Assembly: GCA_963833225.1 (NCBI GenBank)
Contig: CAWHXD010000008.1
Location: 640,001-704,000, forward strand
Direction of reading: 5' to 3'
Source: an uncultured Chloroflexia bacterium
GTDB taxonomy: Bacteria > Chloroflexota > Limnocylindria > Limnocylindrales > CSP1-4
DNA: 64,000 bases
The position numbers and the translations under genes were made by a program. This document shows positions 17,194-30,283 of this stretch, in pieces. Within the stretch, counting starts at the first letter, position 1. Every line of letters begins with the position of its first letter. The notes under the pieces were generated by a model, which worked only from the letters and a program-made list of their open reading frames with translations, was not told the origin of the DNA and did no database searches.

Positions 17194-19353
17194 GTGATCG
17201 TCTGCGGCAATTGCGGCCACCAGAACGAGTCTTCGGACGCGTTCTGCGGGAACTGCGGCCAGTTCCTCGAATGGGTGGCGAAGCCGGCAGACGGCGCCCA
17301 GGAACCGCCCTCGGGGTCCGCCGCATCCGGCCGCGTGGTCGTGATCGACAGCGGACCGGCGCAGGCTCCGGAGCCAGTCGTGGAACCCGAGCCGGAGCCT
17401 GAGCCGGAGCCGGTTGCCGAACCCGAGCCTGAGCCGGAGCCGGAGCCGGTTGTCGAACCCGAACCGGAGCCCGAGCCCGTTCCTGAGCCCGAGCCGGAGC
17501 CGGTGCCGGAGCCCGAGCCGATTGCCGAACCCGAGCCGGAGCCGGTGCCTGAACCGGAGCTCGAGCCGGTTCCGGAGCCGGTTGCCGAACCGGAGCCTGA
17601 GCCGGTTCCGGAGCCGATTGCCGAACCCGAGCCGGAGCCTGAGCCCGTTCCTGAGCCGAGCCCGAGCCGGAGCCGGAGCCGAGCCCGAGCCGGAGCCGGA
17701 GCCGAGCCTGAGCCTGAGCCCGAGCCGGAGCCGGTTGTCGAACCCGTGCCTGAGCCCGAGCCAGCACCGGAGTCCGAGCCCGAGCCCGTTCCTGAGCCCG
17801 AGCCCGTACCGGAGCCCGAGCCCGAGCCCGTTCCTGAGCCCGAGCCCGAGCCCGAGCCTGAGCCGGTCGCCGAACCGGAGCCCGAGCCCGAGCCTGAGCC
17901 GGTCGCCGAACCGGAGCCGGAGCCGGAGCCCGAGCCGGAGCCCGAACCAGAGCCCGAGCCGGAACCCGAGCCAGCGCCGATCCCGGCACCGCCGGCGAAG
18001 CCGCGCGCCCGTCGTGGCGGCCCGAGCAGGAAGCTCTCGAGCACGCTCGCGGAGAGCGGCGAGACCCTGCCGGGGCCGGTGTCGCCGTCCGGATTCCCTT
18101 CCACCTGGTCGGCGGCACCAACACCAGGGGCTGCGGTGCCAACGCCACCGCCGGTGACTCCCGTCGCCGCACCATCGGTCCCGTCCAGCCGCGGCGCCAT
18201 CCCGGGCTGGGGCCAGCCATCTTCGGGCACGCCCACGCCGCCGGTGACCGCCACACCCACGCCGCCATTCAGCCCGCCGGTGGCCCAGCCGCCCGCGGCC
18301 CCCACCCCGCCGCCAGCCGCGCCCACTCCCCCGCCGGTGCAGCCATCGGCGGTCAGGCCAACGGCCACCCAACCCGCCGCGGTGACCCAGCCACCGCCCG
18401 TTCAGCCGGCCGCGGTCAGCCCGCAGCCCGCAGCCCGATCGCCGCAGCCGGCGGACGACCAGCCGGGTGCCCGACTGCCAACGGCCCAACAGGCCCCGAA
18501 GCCACGCCAGGCGGCCCAGGCCGAGCAGGACGTCGCCCAGCCCGGTGACCGGATCTGCGGATCCTGCGGTGCGCCAAACGACCCGGCGCGCAAGTTCTGC
18601 CGGCGTTGCGGGGCCAGCCTGGTCGAGGCCAAGGTGGTCGCCGAGCCGAAGCTGCCGTGGTGGAAGCGCCTGTTCGGCAGGGGCAAGAAGAAGCAGGAGT
18701 CGAGGTACGCGGCCGGCGAGCGCAAGAGCTCGATGAAGAAGGCCGCCCCCAAGACCGGTGGCATCCGCGGCCTCCTCGGCAAGATCGGCATCGTCCGAGG
18801 GCTGCTGGGCCTCGTGGTCGCGATCGGCATCTTCGGGTACGTCGGCATCCCGTCATTCCGCGGCATGGTGACGTCCGCCGTGGACCCCCTCCTCCACGGG
18901 GGCCCGACGCAGGTCATCGAGAACATCCGGAAGATCGTCTCGCCCAAGCCCGCCCAGGTCGTCCCCCGGCCCGAGGACGTGACGGCCAGCAGCGAGGTGA
19001 AGGGCCACGAGGCGCGTCTCATTCGGGACGGCAGCACGGCAACCGACTGGCAGGGCACGGACAAGGTGCCCGAGATCACGGTGAAGTTCGAGGAACCGAT
19101 CGACCTCGGCTGGGTGATCGTCACCTCGGGCAACTCGGCTGCGTTCGCGGACATGCGGCGCCCGTCCGCCCTCGAGTTCGACTTTCCCGACGGCTCGACG
19201 AAGCGCATCGACCTCGAGGACACCAAGGAGCCCCAGACGTTCGAGCTGTCGGCCGGCGTGATCAGCAGCGTCGTGATCCGCGTCGTCGACACCAACGGGC
19301 CCGAGTCCACGCCGATCTCGATCTCGGAGATCGAGTTCTTCAAGAAGAGCTAG
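17194..19353 (+). CDS. CisA-like bitopic membrane protein: zinc ribbon, Pro-Glu repeat, Pro-rich linker, second zinc ribbon, TM, galactose-binding-like C-terminal domain
   Basis: [14 protein letters not shown] and [14 protein letters not shown]; [19 protein letters not shown]; C-terminal [22 protein letters not shown]; last gene of the CIS operon. Confidence 0.75.
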   Translation: MIVCGNCGHQNESSDAFCGNCGQFLEWVAKPADGAQEPPSGSAASGRVVVIDSGPAQAPEPVVEPEPEPEPEPVAEPEPEPEPEPVVEPEPEPEPVPEPEPEPVPEPEPIAEPEPEPVPEPELEPVPEPVAEPEPEPVPEPIAEPEPEPEPVPEPSPSRSRSRARAGAGAEPEPEPEPEPVVEPVPEPEPAPESEPEPVPEPEPVPEPEPEPVPEPEPEPEPEPVAEPEPEPEPEPVAEPEPEPEPEPEPEPEPEPEPEPAPIPAPPAKPRARRGGPSRKLSSTLAESGETLPGPVSPSGFPSTWSAAPTPGAAVPTPPPVTPVAAPSVPSSRGAIPGWGQPSSGTPTPPVTATPTPPFSPPVAQPPAAPTPPPAAPTPPPVQPSAVRPTATQPAAVTQPPPVQPAAVSPQPAARSPQPADDQPGARLPTAQQAPKPRQAAQAEQDVAQPGDRICGSCGAPNDPARKFCRRCGASLVEAKVVAEPKLPWWKRLFGRGKKKQESRYAAGERKSSMKKAAPKTGGIRGLLGKIGIVRGLLGLVVAIGIFGYVGIPSFRGMVTSAVDPLLHGGPTQVIENIRKIVSPKPAQVVPRPEDVTASSEVKGHEARLIRDGSTATDWQGTDKVPEITVKFEEPIDLGWVIVTSGNSAAFADMRRPSALEFDFPDGSTKRIDLEDTKEPQTFELSAGVISSVVIRVVDTNGPESTPISISEIEFFKKS
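17365..17973 (+). repeat. Coding tandem repeat (GAGCCN)n encoding (Pro-Glu)n with V/A/I spacers
   Basis: About 600 bp of degenerate 6-bp units visible directly. Confidence 0.95.
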
Positions 19354-22300
19354 GAGATCGCGCCCGCCCCGTCCACGGCCACGCCCAGCGCCTCGAGCAC
19401 GAGGGCGTACTCGCGCCGGTCGCGGGTTGCGGCACCCGCATCGCCGCCCCGTTCCCGCGCGGCGATGAGCATCCGCCACAGGGCGTCCTGGTAGCGGTCG
19501 AGCTCGAGCCCGAACCGGCAGGTCCGGACGACGGCGGCGAGGTCGCCGGCGAGCAGCGACGCCTCCGCGAGCCGCTCCGCGGCCTCGATGGCCCGGGCTG
19601 CGGCACTGGTCGCGCCGCTCGGTGACCCAGCCGGCAGGCCCTTCCTCCGGCAGGAGGTCGCCCGTATAGAGGTCGACAGCGCTGGCGAATGCCGCGGCCG
19701 ACAGGTCGCCCTGGTCGCTGGTCGCTCGCCCGGCAGCGATCGCCAGGTCGAATCGTCCCAGGTCGACGTCCTCGGCAGCGACCGCAAGCCGGTAGGCATC
19801 GCCGTCGCGGCCGATGAGCCGGCTGCCGATCGGTCCAGCCTCCTCGTCGAGCAGGCGTCGCAGCGCCGACAGCGCCACGTGGAGACTCCGAGCGCCGGCC
19901 GTCGCGTCCGACTCGGGCCACAGCGCCTCCTGGATCACCTCGCGGTGAACGGGTGCCCCGGCGTGGAGGGCGAGCAGCCGGAGCAGCGACCGGGCCCTCG
20001 GCTTGACCCCGTCGAGCGAGACCCGTCGTCCATCGGCCTCGAGCGCGAACCCGCCCAGCGTCCGGACCTGGACGCTGGTCGCCTGCTCGTCGGCCGCCGG
20101 GTCCACGGGCTCAGCGGCTCCCACGCCGGACGATGCTGGCGCGACGGTGCGGCCGACCGCCCAGGGCGGCAGCACCAGCCCCGTCTCATCGCCGTCGCGG
20201 TCGCCAGCCGGAGGTGGTCATCGGCATGCGCGGGATCCACCTCCGCGAGGGCCGCGTGGGCCATCATCCGTGCGGCCGGCGTGCCCGAGGCTCGCGCCAG
20301 GGCCTCTGCGGCCACGGCGTGCTCGCCGGCATCGGGCAGGCCCGCATGCGCCGCCGCAAGGGCACCAACCGACCGGGCCCAGGCCTCGAGCACGCCGGTC
20401 CCGAGGTGCCGGAACGCATCGGCCGCGGTCTCCGCCGAGGTCACGGTGGCGTCGATGGGTCCGTCCCCGCACCAGGCGGCCGCAAGCTGCAGCAGCGCGG
20501 CGCCCCACGGCTCCTCCTCCGCGAGGGCCGAATCGCGGTCGAAGCCCGAGGCGGGTTCCGGCCGGCGCGCCGCCGACGTCACGGCGTCGCCGCCTGCGCG
20601 GCTTGCCATGCGCCCGGCGAGGACACGCCCTAGCCGCGCGAGCCAGGCGATGCCTGCCCGCTCAGCGTCCTCCACGGCCCGGTCGAAGGTCCGCGCGTCG
20701 CACGGCTCGCCCCCGAGCACCGCGGCGACGGTGGCGCCCAGCCGGGCAGCGGCCGTCGCAACCGGACCTCCCTCGCCCGAGTCCGCCGCATCGGTCAGCA
20801 TCCGGTGCGCAACCGTCACCTCGCCGGATGCCAGCGCGAGCAGGCCACGCGCGACCGGCGCCAGGCGATCGGCCCGGTGCGCCAGGTCGCGGACGGCGGT
20901 TCCCGGGTCGCGGACCAGGCCCGTCCGCAGGATGCCGGCGGCGTCCGGCTGGGGAATCGTGAGCGGGTCCAGCCAGGCGGCCAGCGCCAGGCGCTCGGCA
21001 CGAGGCACCTCCGCGGCGCGGACCGGCCCAAGGCCCGCCTCGGCGTGGGCGTAGGCCGCGAGGGCGGCCGCCCAGCGCCCGTCGTTGCGCGCCCGACGCG
21101 CCGCGGCGAGGGCAACCCACGGGTCGTGGCGCTCGATAGCCGGCGGCAGCTCCTCGATCCAGCGTCCTTCGCTGCCCGCGGCCAGCCGCTCCCCTTCCCC
21201 GCCCAGCAGCCGGCGGACCGCGTCCCAGTCCGCCGCGCGCGAGTACGCGCGCAGCGCCTCGGCAAACGCTCCCTCCGCCTCGAGCAGCCGGCCGGCCCGA
21301 TCGTGGCGGTCGCGGGCCGCCGCCTCGCCGATCTCCTCTACCAGCATCCGGTCCAGGTGCTGGCGCAGGATCTCGTGATAGCGGTAGGCGTCCGTCCCGT
21401 CCTCGATCGGGACCGTGAACACGCCGCGCCGCGCCAGCTCGTCGAGAAGCGCGTTGCTCCCGGTCGCGCCGCGGATCTCGTCGCACAGGTGGCCCGACAG
21501 GCGCCCCAGGACGCAGGTGTCGAGGAGGAAGGTCTGGAGCTCCGCCGGGAGCCCGCCCATCACGTTCTGGGCGAGATACTCCCGCAGCAGCCGGCCCGAC
21601 GATCCCGGGCCGCCGAGGACGCGGCGACGCTCCTCGGGCGAGCGTCCCCGCGTCGCGAGATGGAACAGCTGGAGGCCCGCGGCCCAGCCCTCCGTGCGTC
21701 GGGCGAGCGCGGCGAGATCTGCCGGGGGCACCGGGTCGTGGTAGACCTCGCGGAACAGCTGTTCCACCTCCCAGGCGCGGAACCGGAGGTCGTCCGTGCC
21801 CACCTCGAGCAGGTCGTCCGCGACGCGGAGGCGAGACAGGTTGAGCACCGGGGCCACGCGGGTCGCCACCAGCAGGGTGAGCCACGCGGGCGCGTAGTCG
21901 ATGAGCCGTCCGAAGGCCGCCTCGGCCGGCGTGTCCTCCAGGTAGTAGAAGTCGTCGATCACGAGCAGGACCGGCGCCTCGGGCGACCCCGTGGCCTCGA
22001 GATCGCGCACCGCGTCCTCGACCGTCCGCCAGCCGCCGGCGAGCGATGGCAGGGCGGCCGACAGCGACGCCTCGAGGTGGCGGACGAAGGACAGCTCGTC
22101 GGCGTCCCAGGTTTCCGCGCGGTACCAGGCGACGGGCCGGCCGGCGATGGCGGCGAAGCGGGCGAGGAGCGTGGTCTTGCCCGAGCCCGCGGGAGCGATG
22201 ACGAGCGTCAGGCGCTTGTGGATCGCCTCGGCGAGACGCGCCTCGAGGCGCTCGCGGGGCAGCGCGGCAAGCACGGGAACCCGGATCTTCGCCGGCACCA

Positions 22301-22361
22301 CCGGCAGCGTCCCCACGTCGGCCGAGCGGCCCGTCGTCGCGCCCTCCCGCGCGTCACGCAA
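19350..22361 (-). CDS. MalT-like STAND NTPase regulator with C-terminal winged helix and BTAD; frameshifts near 20200 and 19600
   Basis: [42 protein letters not shown]; then [24 protein letters not shown]; BTAD end [15 protein letters not shown]. Confidence 0.85.
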
Positions 22362-22563
22362 TCCGACACTCCCCTACGGCCAGGCAGCATTCCCGGGGTC
22401 GTCCGGCTCGGCGCCCGGGGCCCGTATCGTGCCACCGCATCGGATCGCGGTCTAGGGGGTAGAACGCCGCATCGGTTGCCCGGAACGACGAAGCGCTCCC
22501 CCGGTGATCGGGGAAGCGCTCGTCCGACGTTCGCGAATTCTGGGGCCGTCGGGCCCGGCCGGG

Positions 22564-25345
<2,782 letters not shown>

Positions 25346-25610
25346 CGTGGAGGGGCTCCTTGTGCAAGCGGGCGGGCTCGAACCTGGGGACGCAGCCCGC
25401 GGACGTACCTCGATGAGGATCACCACGATTGTACGCCGCGACTCCCGGGGACCCGGGTTTCGGTCGGGTCGCGAAGGCGGGGGCCGGACCGCCCGGGGAA
25501 TGGGGCCATTCGGCGCCGAAGCGCGGGCCACGGGGCACGGGAACGCGGTGTACGCTCAAGATGCAGCCGCGTGTCCCCCAACCGAACCGAGAACCACAGG
25601 AGCCCGTCCC

Positions 25611-26435
25611 GTGCCCGACCCGGTCGATGCCCAAGCCATCGAGGACAGCCGCGTCATCGACATCTTCGCCGACGTCTATAACGCGACCCTGGTCCACCGC
25701 GAGGACCTCACCGCGGACCTCGCCTACTTCCGCATCAAGATGGACGGCCCCGCCACCCCCTTCATCCCCGGGCAGTACATGACGCTCGGCGTCGTGGCGG
25801 ACGGCAAGATGCTCCAGCGACCGTATTCGATCGCGTCCGCACCCTCGACGGCGGACACCCTCGGCTACGAGGTGTTCGTCCGGCACGTCCCGATCGTCCG
25901 GTTCACCACGGCCCTGTGGCGGCTCAAGGTGGGACACCGGGCGCGCCTCATCGGGCCCAAGGGCAAGTTCATGCTGGAGCCCGAGGACGAGCGGACCCAC
26001 CTCTACGTGTCCACCGGTACCGGGATCGCCCCGTTCATCTCGATGATCCGGGAGACGATGGCCGAGGAGAAGCCGCGCGAGACCGTGCTCATCAACGGTT
26101 GCTCCTTCGCGGACGAGCTTGGCTACCGCGAGGAGCTCGAGGCCTGGGAGCGGGATCCGGCCTATCGCCTGACCTATGTGCCGACGATCTCGCGGCCCAA
26201 CGACCCGCGCAATGCCGGCTGGTCGGGTCGCGTCGGGCGAGCCGAGCAGGTCATCACCGAGGTCTGCCGGGACCTCTCGCTCAAGCCTGACCGGACTGTG
26301 GTCTACATCTGCGGCAACCCCGAGATGATCCTCAACGTGGAGCGCACCTTGATGGAGCGCGGGTTCCCGGAGTTCCACGTCAAGAAGGAGCTCTACTGGC
26401 CGAAGGGCAAGGCGCCGGTGGCCGCGTCCGGCTGA
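25611..26435 (+). CDS. fpr: Ferredoxin/flavodoxin--NADP+ reductase
   Basis: FIPGQY, RPYSIAS, TGTGIAPFISM, YICGNPEM, ELYW; AGGAG upstream of GTG 25611. Confidence 0.88.
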   Translation: MPDPVDAQAIEDSRVIDIFADVYNATLVHREDLTADLAYFRIKMDGPATPFIPGQYMTLGVVADGKMLQRPYSIASAPSTADTLGYEVFVRHVPIVRFTTALWRLKVGHRARLIGPKGKFMLEPEDERTHLYVSTGTGIAPFISMIRETMAEEKPRETVLINGCSFADELGYREELEAWERDPAYRLTYVPTISRPNDPRNAGWSGRVGRAEQVITEVCRDLSLKPDRTVVYICGNPEMILNVERTLMERGFPEFHVKKELYWPKGKAPVAASG

Positions 26436-26692
26436 GACACGAGGATCCCACCGTGCAGACGCGGAGCCCGGGCGGCCTGCTGGACTGGCTGATCCCGCGC
26501 CTCCCGCGCCAGGGCTCGTCGAACTAGGTCGGCGCTCGGGGAGCCGGCCGCGGCTCGCGCGGTCCCGCGATGCCCTCCGATCGGCCCTGCGCCTACGTGA
26601 CCTTCGGACCCGCGAGCGGGGCCATCCGAGGCTGACGTGCACGGTTTGCGGGTTTGGGACCATTCTTGAGTCCACAAGCACAGTGAGGTTCC

Positions 26693-27551
26693 ATGCATCC
26701 CGTCATCGAGCGAGAGCAGCTCTCCCCGAACGTCGTCCGCCTCGTCGTCGAGGCTCCTCGGATCGCGAAGGTCCGGCGTCCCGGCCAGTTCGTCATCGTC
26801 CGGAAGGGTCCGGGCGCCGAGCGCATCCCGCTCACGATCGCGGACAACGATCCGGAAGCCGGGACCATCACCCTGATGATCCAGGCCATCGGCGTCAGCA
26901 CGACCGAGCTCACCAGCCTCCAGGTCGGCGACGCCATCCAGGATGTCGCCGGCCCCCTTGGGCGCGAGACCGACCTCATCGAATCCGGCCACGCCGTGTG
27001 CGTCGGCGGCGGTGTGGGAACGGCCGTCCTGCTGCCGATCGTCGCGTGCGCTCGCCGACCACGGCATCCACGTGACCAGCGTGATCGGCGGCCGCAGCAA
27101 GGAGTGGGTCATCCTGGAGCCCGAGCTTCGGGCCTGCGGCGACGTGGTCGTGTGCACGGATGACGGGTCGTACGGACGCCACGGCTTCGTGACCGAGGCG
27201 CTCAAGGACCTGCTCGATGCCGGCGGGGTCGACGCGGTCTACGCCATCGGGCCGGTGCCGATGATGAAGGCCGTGTCCGCCATGACCGAGCCCTACGGCG
27301 TGGCGACCACCGTCTCCCTCAACGCCATCATGGTCGACGGGACCGGCATGTGCGGCGGCTGCCGCGTGACGGTCGGCGGCCAGACCAAGTACGCGTGCGT
27401 CGACGGCCCCGAGTTCGACGCGCACAAGGTGAACTTCCAGGAGCTCGCCGACCGCCTCACCACGTACCGCACCTTCGAGCAGGCCGCGCTGGCCCGCCAG
27501 GCGGACGAGACGGCGAAGGGCGCCTGCGCAACCACAGAGGTGAAGGCATGA
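26693..27551 (+). CDS. nfnA: NfnA/SudB-like flavoprotein subunit; frameshift near 27050
   Basis: PGQFVIV..ERIPLTIAD, GPLG, VGGGVG, TDDGSYG, IGPVPMMKAV, MVDGTGMCGGCRV..CVDGPEFD. Confidence 0.88.
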
Positions 27552-29063
27552 CCGAGCCCGCGTCCCCGGTGCCGGCCGACGAGGACGGCGCCGCAACTCC
27601 CAAACCCCCACTCTCCAACAAGGAGCGGATGCAGATCGACCGGGTGGCCATGCCTGAGCAGGCGGGCGAGGCCCGGGCCCAGAACTTCGAGCGAGGTCAA
27701 CCTCGGCCTCACCTACCAGCTCGCGATGCTGGAGGCGGAGCGGTGCATCCAGTGCCCCAAGCCGTTCTGCGTGGACGGTTGCCCGGTCCGCGTTGACGTC
27801 CCGCGGTTCATCAAGTTCCTCCGCGAGGGCAACATGCCCGCCGCGGCGGAGAGCCTGCTCAACGACAACGCCCTGCCCTGCGTGACCGGGCGCGTCTGCC
27901 CGCAGGAAACCCAGTGCGAGGGTGTCTGCGTCCGGGCGAAGAAGGGCAACCCGGTGGCCATCGGCTACCTCGAGCGGTTCGTGGCCGACTGGGCCCAGGC
28001 CAACATCGACCAGCTGCCGAAGGCTCACCCCACCCAGACGGGCAAGAAGGTCGGCATCGTGGGCTCCGGCCCGGCCGGGCTCACGGCAGCCGGCGAGCTG
28101 GCGCACCGCGGCCACGACGTGACGGTGTTCGAGGCGTTCCACGCCCCGGGCGGCGTGCTGATCTACGGCATCCCGGAGTTCCGCCTGCCCAAGGACATCG
28201 TCCAGGCCGAGGTGGACCGCCTCGTGGCCGACGGGGTGAAGATCGAGGTCGACGCCATCGTCGGCCGGACCTACACGATCCCGGAGCTCCGCGAGGACTA
28301 CGACGCCCTGTTCCTGGCCGTGGGCGCCGGTCTGCCGGTGTTCATGAACGTCCCAGGCGAGAACTACAAGGGCGTCTACTCGGCCAACGAGTACCTGACC
28401 CGCGTCAACCTGATGGGCGCCTGGAACCCGGAGTCCCATACCCCCATCCTCCATGGCCAGCGCGTGGTCGTCGTCGGCGGCGGCAACGTCGCGATGGATG
28501 CCGTCCGAACGGCCAAGCGCCTCGGCGCCGCGGAGGCGACGATCGTCTACCGCCGGTCCGAGGAGGAGCTCCCGGCGCGCAAGGAGGAGGTCCACCACGC
28601 CAAGGACGAGGGCGTGCGCTTCGAGCTCCTGACCGCGCCCGAAGAGGTCATCGGCGACGAGAACCGCTGGGTCACCGGCCTGCGGGTGTCCTCGATGGAG
28701 CTGGGCGAGCCCGACGCGTCCGGCCGCCGGCGCCCGATCAAGATCGAGGGATCGGAGCACGTGATCGACTGTGACCTCGTGGTCGTGGCCATCGGGACGC
28801 GGGCCAACCCGTTGCTCACCGGATCCGCCCCGGAGCTCAACGTCAACGAGTACGGCTATCTGCTCGCGGACGAATGGGGCATGACGTCGATGCCCGGCGT
28901 GTTCGCGGGTGGCGACATCGTCCGCGGCGCCGCAACCGTGATCCTCGCGATGGGCGATGGCAAGCGCTCCGCGCAGGCGATCGACTCCTACCTGCGGGGC
29001 GTCTGGCCGCCGGAGGGCGTGGACCCCACGGGGAAGAAGGAGGCCGCGGCCGCGGCGAGCTGA
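27548..29063 (+). CDS. nfnB: NfnB/SudA (GltD-like) subunit; frameshift near 27690
   Basis: [69 protein letters not shown]. Confidence 0.88.
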
Positions 29064-29080
29064 ACGGCCCGCGGGCATCG

Positions 29081-29847
29081 ATGGGCCACACCTGGGATCC
29101 GCACCAATACCTCGCCTACGCGGACGAGCGCGGGCGGCCGTTCATGGAGCTGCTGGCGCGCGTGACGGCAGTCGATCCAGCGACGGTCGTCGACCTCGGC
29201 TGCGGGCCCGGCAACCTCACGGCGCTGCTCGCCGACCGGTGGCCGGCGGCGTCGATCACGGGCGTCGACTCAAGTCCCGAGATGATCGCCGAGGCGCGCG
29301 CCCTCGGGACGCGCGTGCAGTTCGAGGTCGCGGACCTTCGTGACTGGCTCGGGGTGTCGAGCCGGTGGACGTCCTCGTCTCCAACGCCACGCTCCAGTGG
29401 GTGCCGGGGCACCTCGACCTGCTGCCGGCGCTGGTCGACAGGGTACGGCCGGGTGGCTGGCTGGCGTTCCAGGTCCCGGGGAACTTCGAGGAGCCCAGCC
29501 ACACCATCCGGCGCGATCTTGCCGCCCGGGCACCGTATGCCGACCACCTGCACGGGGTCACTGTGCCAGGCGCGCACGATGCCGCAACGTATCTCGCGGC
29601 GCTGCTGGCGCTGGGCTGTGAGGTGGACGCCTGGGAGACGACCTATCTCCATGTCCTGGCCGGCGAGGACCCGGTCTTCACGTGGGTGACCGGAACGGGC
29701 GCGCGGCCCACGCTGCAGGCCCTCCCCTCGCCCATCCGGGAGGCGTTTGCGGCGGAGTACCGCGAGGGGTTGCGGGCCGCGTACCCGGACCGTGGCCACG
29801 GGGTGGTCCTGCCGTTCCGGCGGGTGTTCGTGGTGGCGAGGGTCTGA
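29081..29847 (+). CDS. tam: Trans-aconitate 2-methyltransferase; frameshift near 29355
   Basis: [50 protein letters not shown]. Confidence 0.85.
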
Positions 29848-29858
29848 GGCTCCGCGCA

Positions 29859-30261
29859 GGGTCTCGCTCCTGATAGGGATTCCGTTCTGGGCTCGGACCC
29901 ATTGAGCCCATGGCGGATGACGGGCTCGTCCGCCACGCTGGAGTCATGCCCAAGCCGAGGAACGCGCCCGAAGGGTGACCCGGACACGGGCAGGATGATC
30001 TGATGGACTTGCTGGGTTTGGTGGCGCTAGGGGTCGTCATCCTCATGGTGATGTACGCGAATAGCCACACCGACGACCGCCCCGACGACCTCACTCGTCC
30101 GGACGCGTGACGCTGAGCGTCATCGTGGCAGGCACGATGGCTGCCACCGGCTCCTCACGCTGCGGCATCCGCCCGCGACATCGCGCCCAGTCCGCGCAGT
30201 CGCGGCGGCGATCGGCGTCCCGTACCAGCAAATGACGGAAACCCTATCGGGGGCGAGACCC
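29859..30261. mobile_element. MITE-like element bounded by 27-bp imperfect inverted repeats
   Basis: 29859-29885 GGGTCTCGCTCCTGATAGGGATTCCGT matches the reverse complement of 30235-30261 at 24/27; no transposase and no clear target-site duplication. Confidence 0.5.
30003..30110 (+). CDS. 35-aa hydrophobic peptide
   Basis: MDLLGLVALGVVILMVMYANSHTDDRPDDLTRPDA; AGGA upstream. Confidence 0.4.
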   Translation: MDLLGLVALGVVILMVMYANSHTDDRPDDLTRPDA

Positions 30262-30283
30262 GCTCAGGGCCCATCGTCGTCCG

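Noticed and set aside
17655-17705. [15 protein letters not shown] segment inside the Pro-Glu repeat
   Set aside because: It is the same repeat read in other frames after three single-base losses that restore the frame, probably a sequencing artefact.
17365-17973. Possible CRISPR array
   Set aside because: It is a coding 6-bp microsatellite with no unique spacers, and no cas genes are present.
16530-18489. Antisense Gly-Ser, Arg-Leu and Ala-Arg repeat ORFs
   Set aside because: They are shadow frames of the (GAGCCN)n repeat.
27548-29063. Glutamate synthase small subunit
   Set aside because: No gltB is adjacent, and coupling to an NfnA/SudB-like gene favours NfnB.
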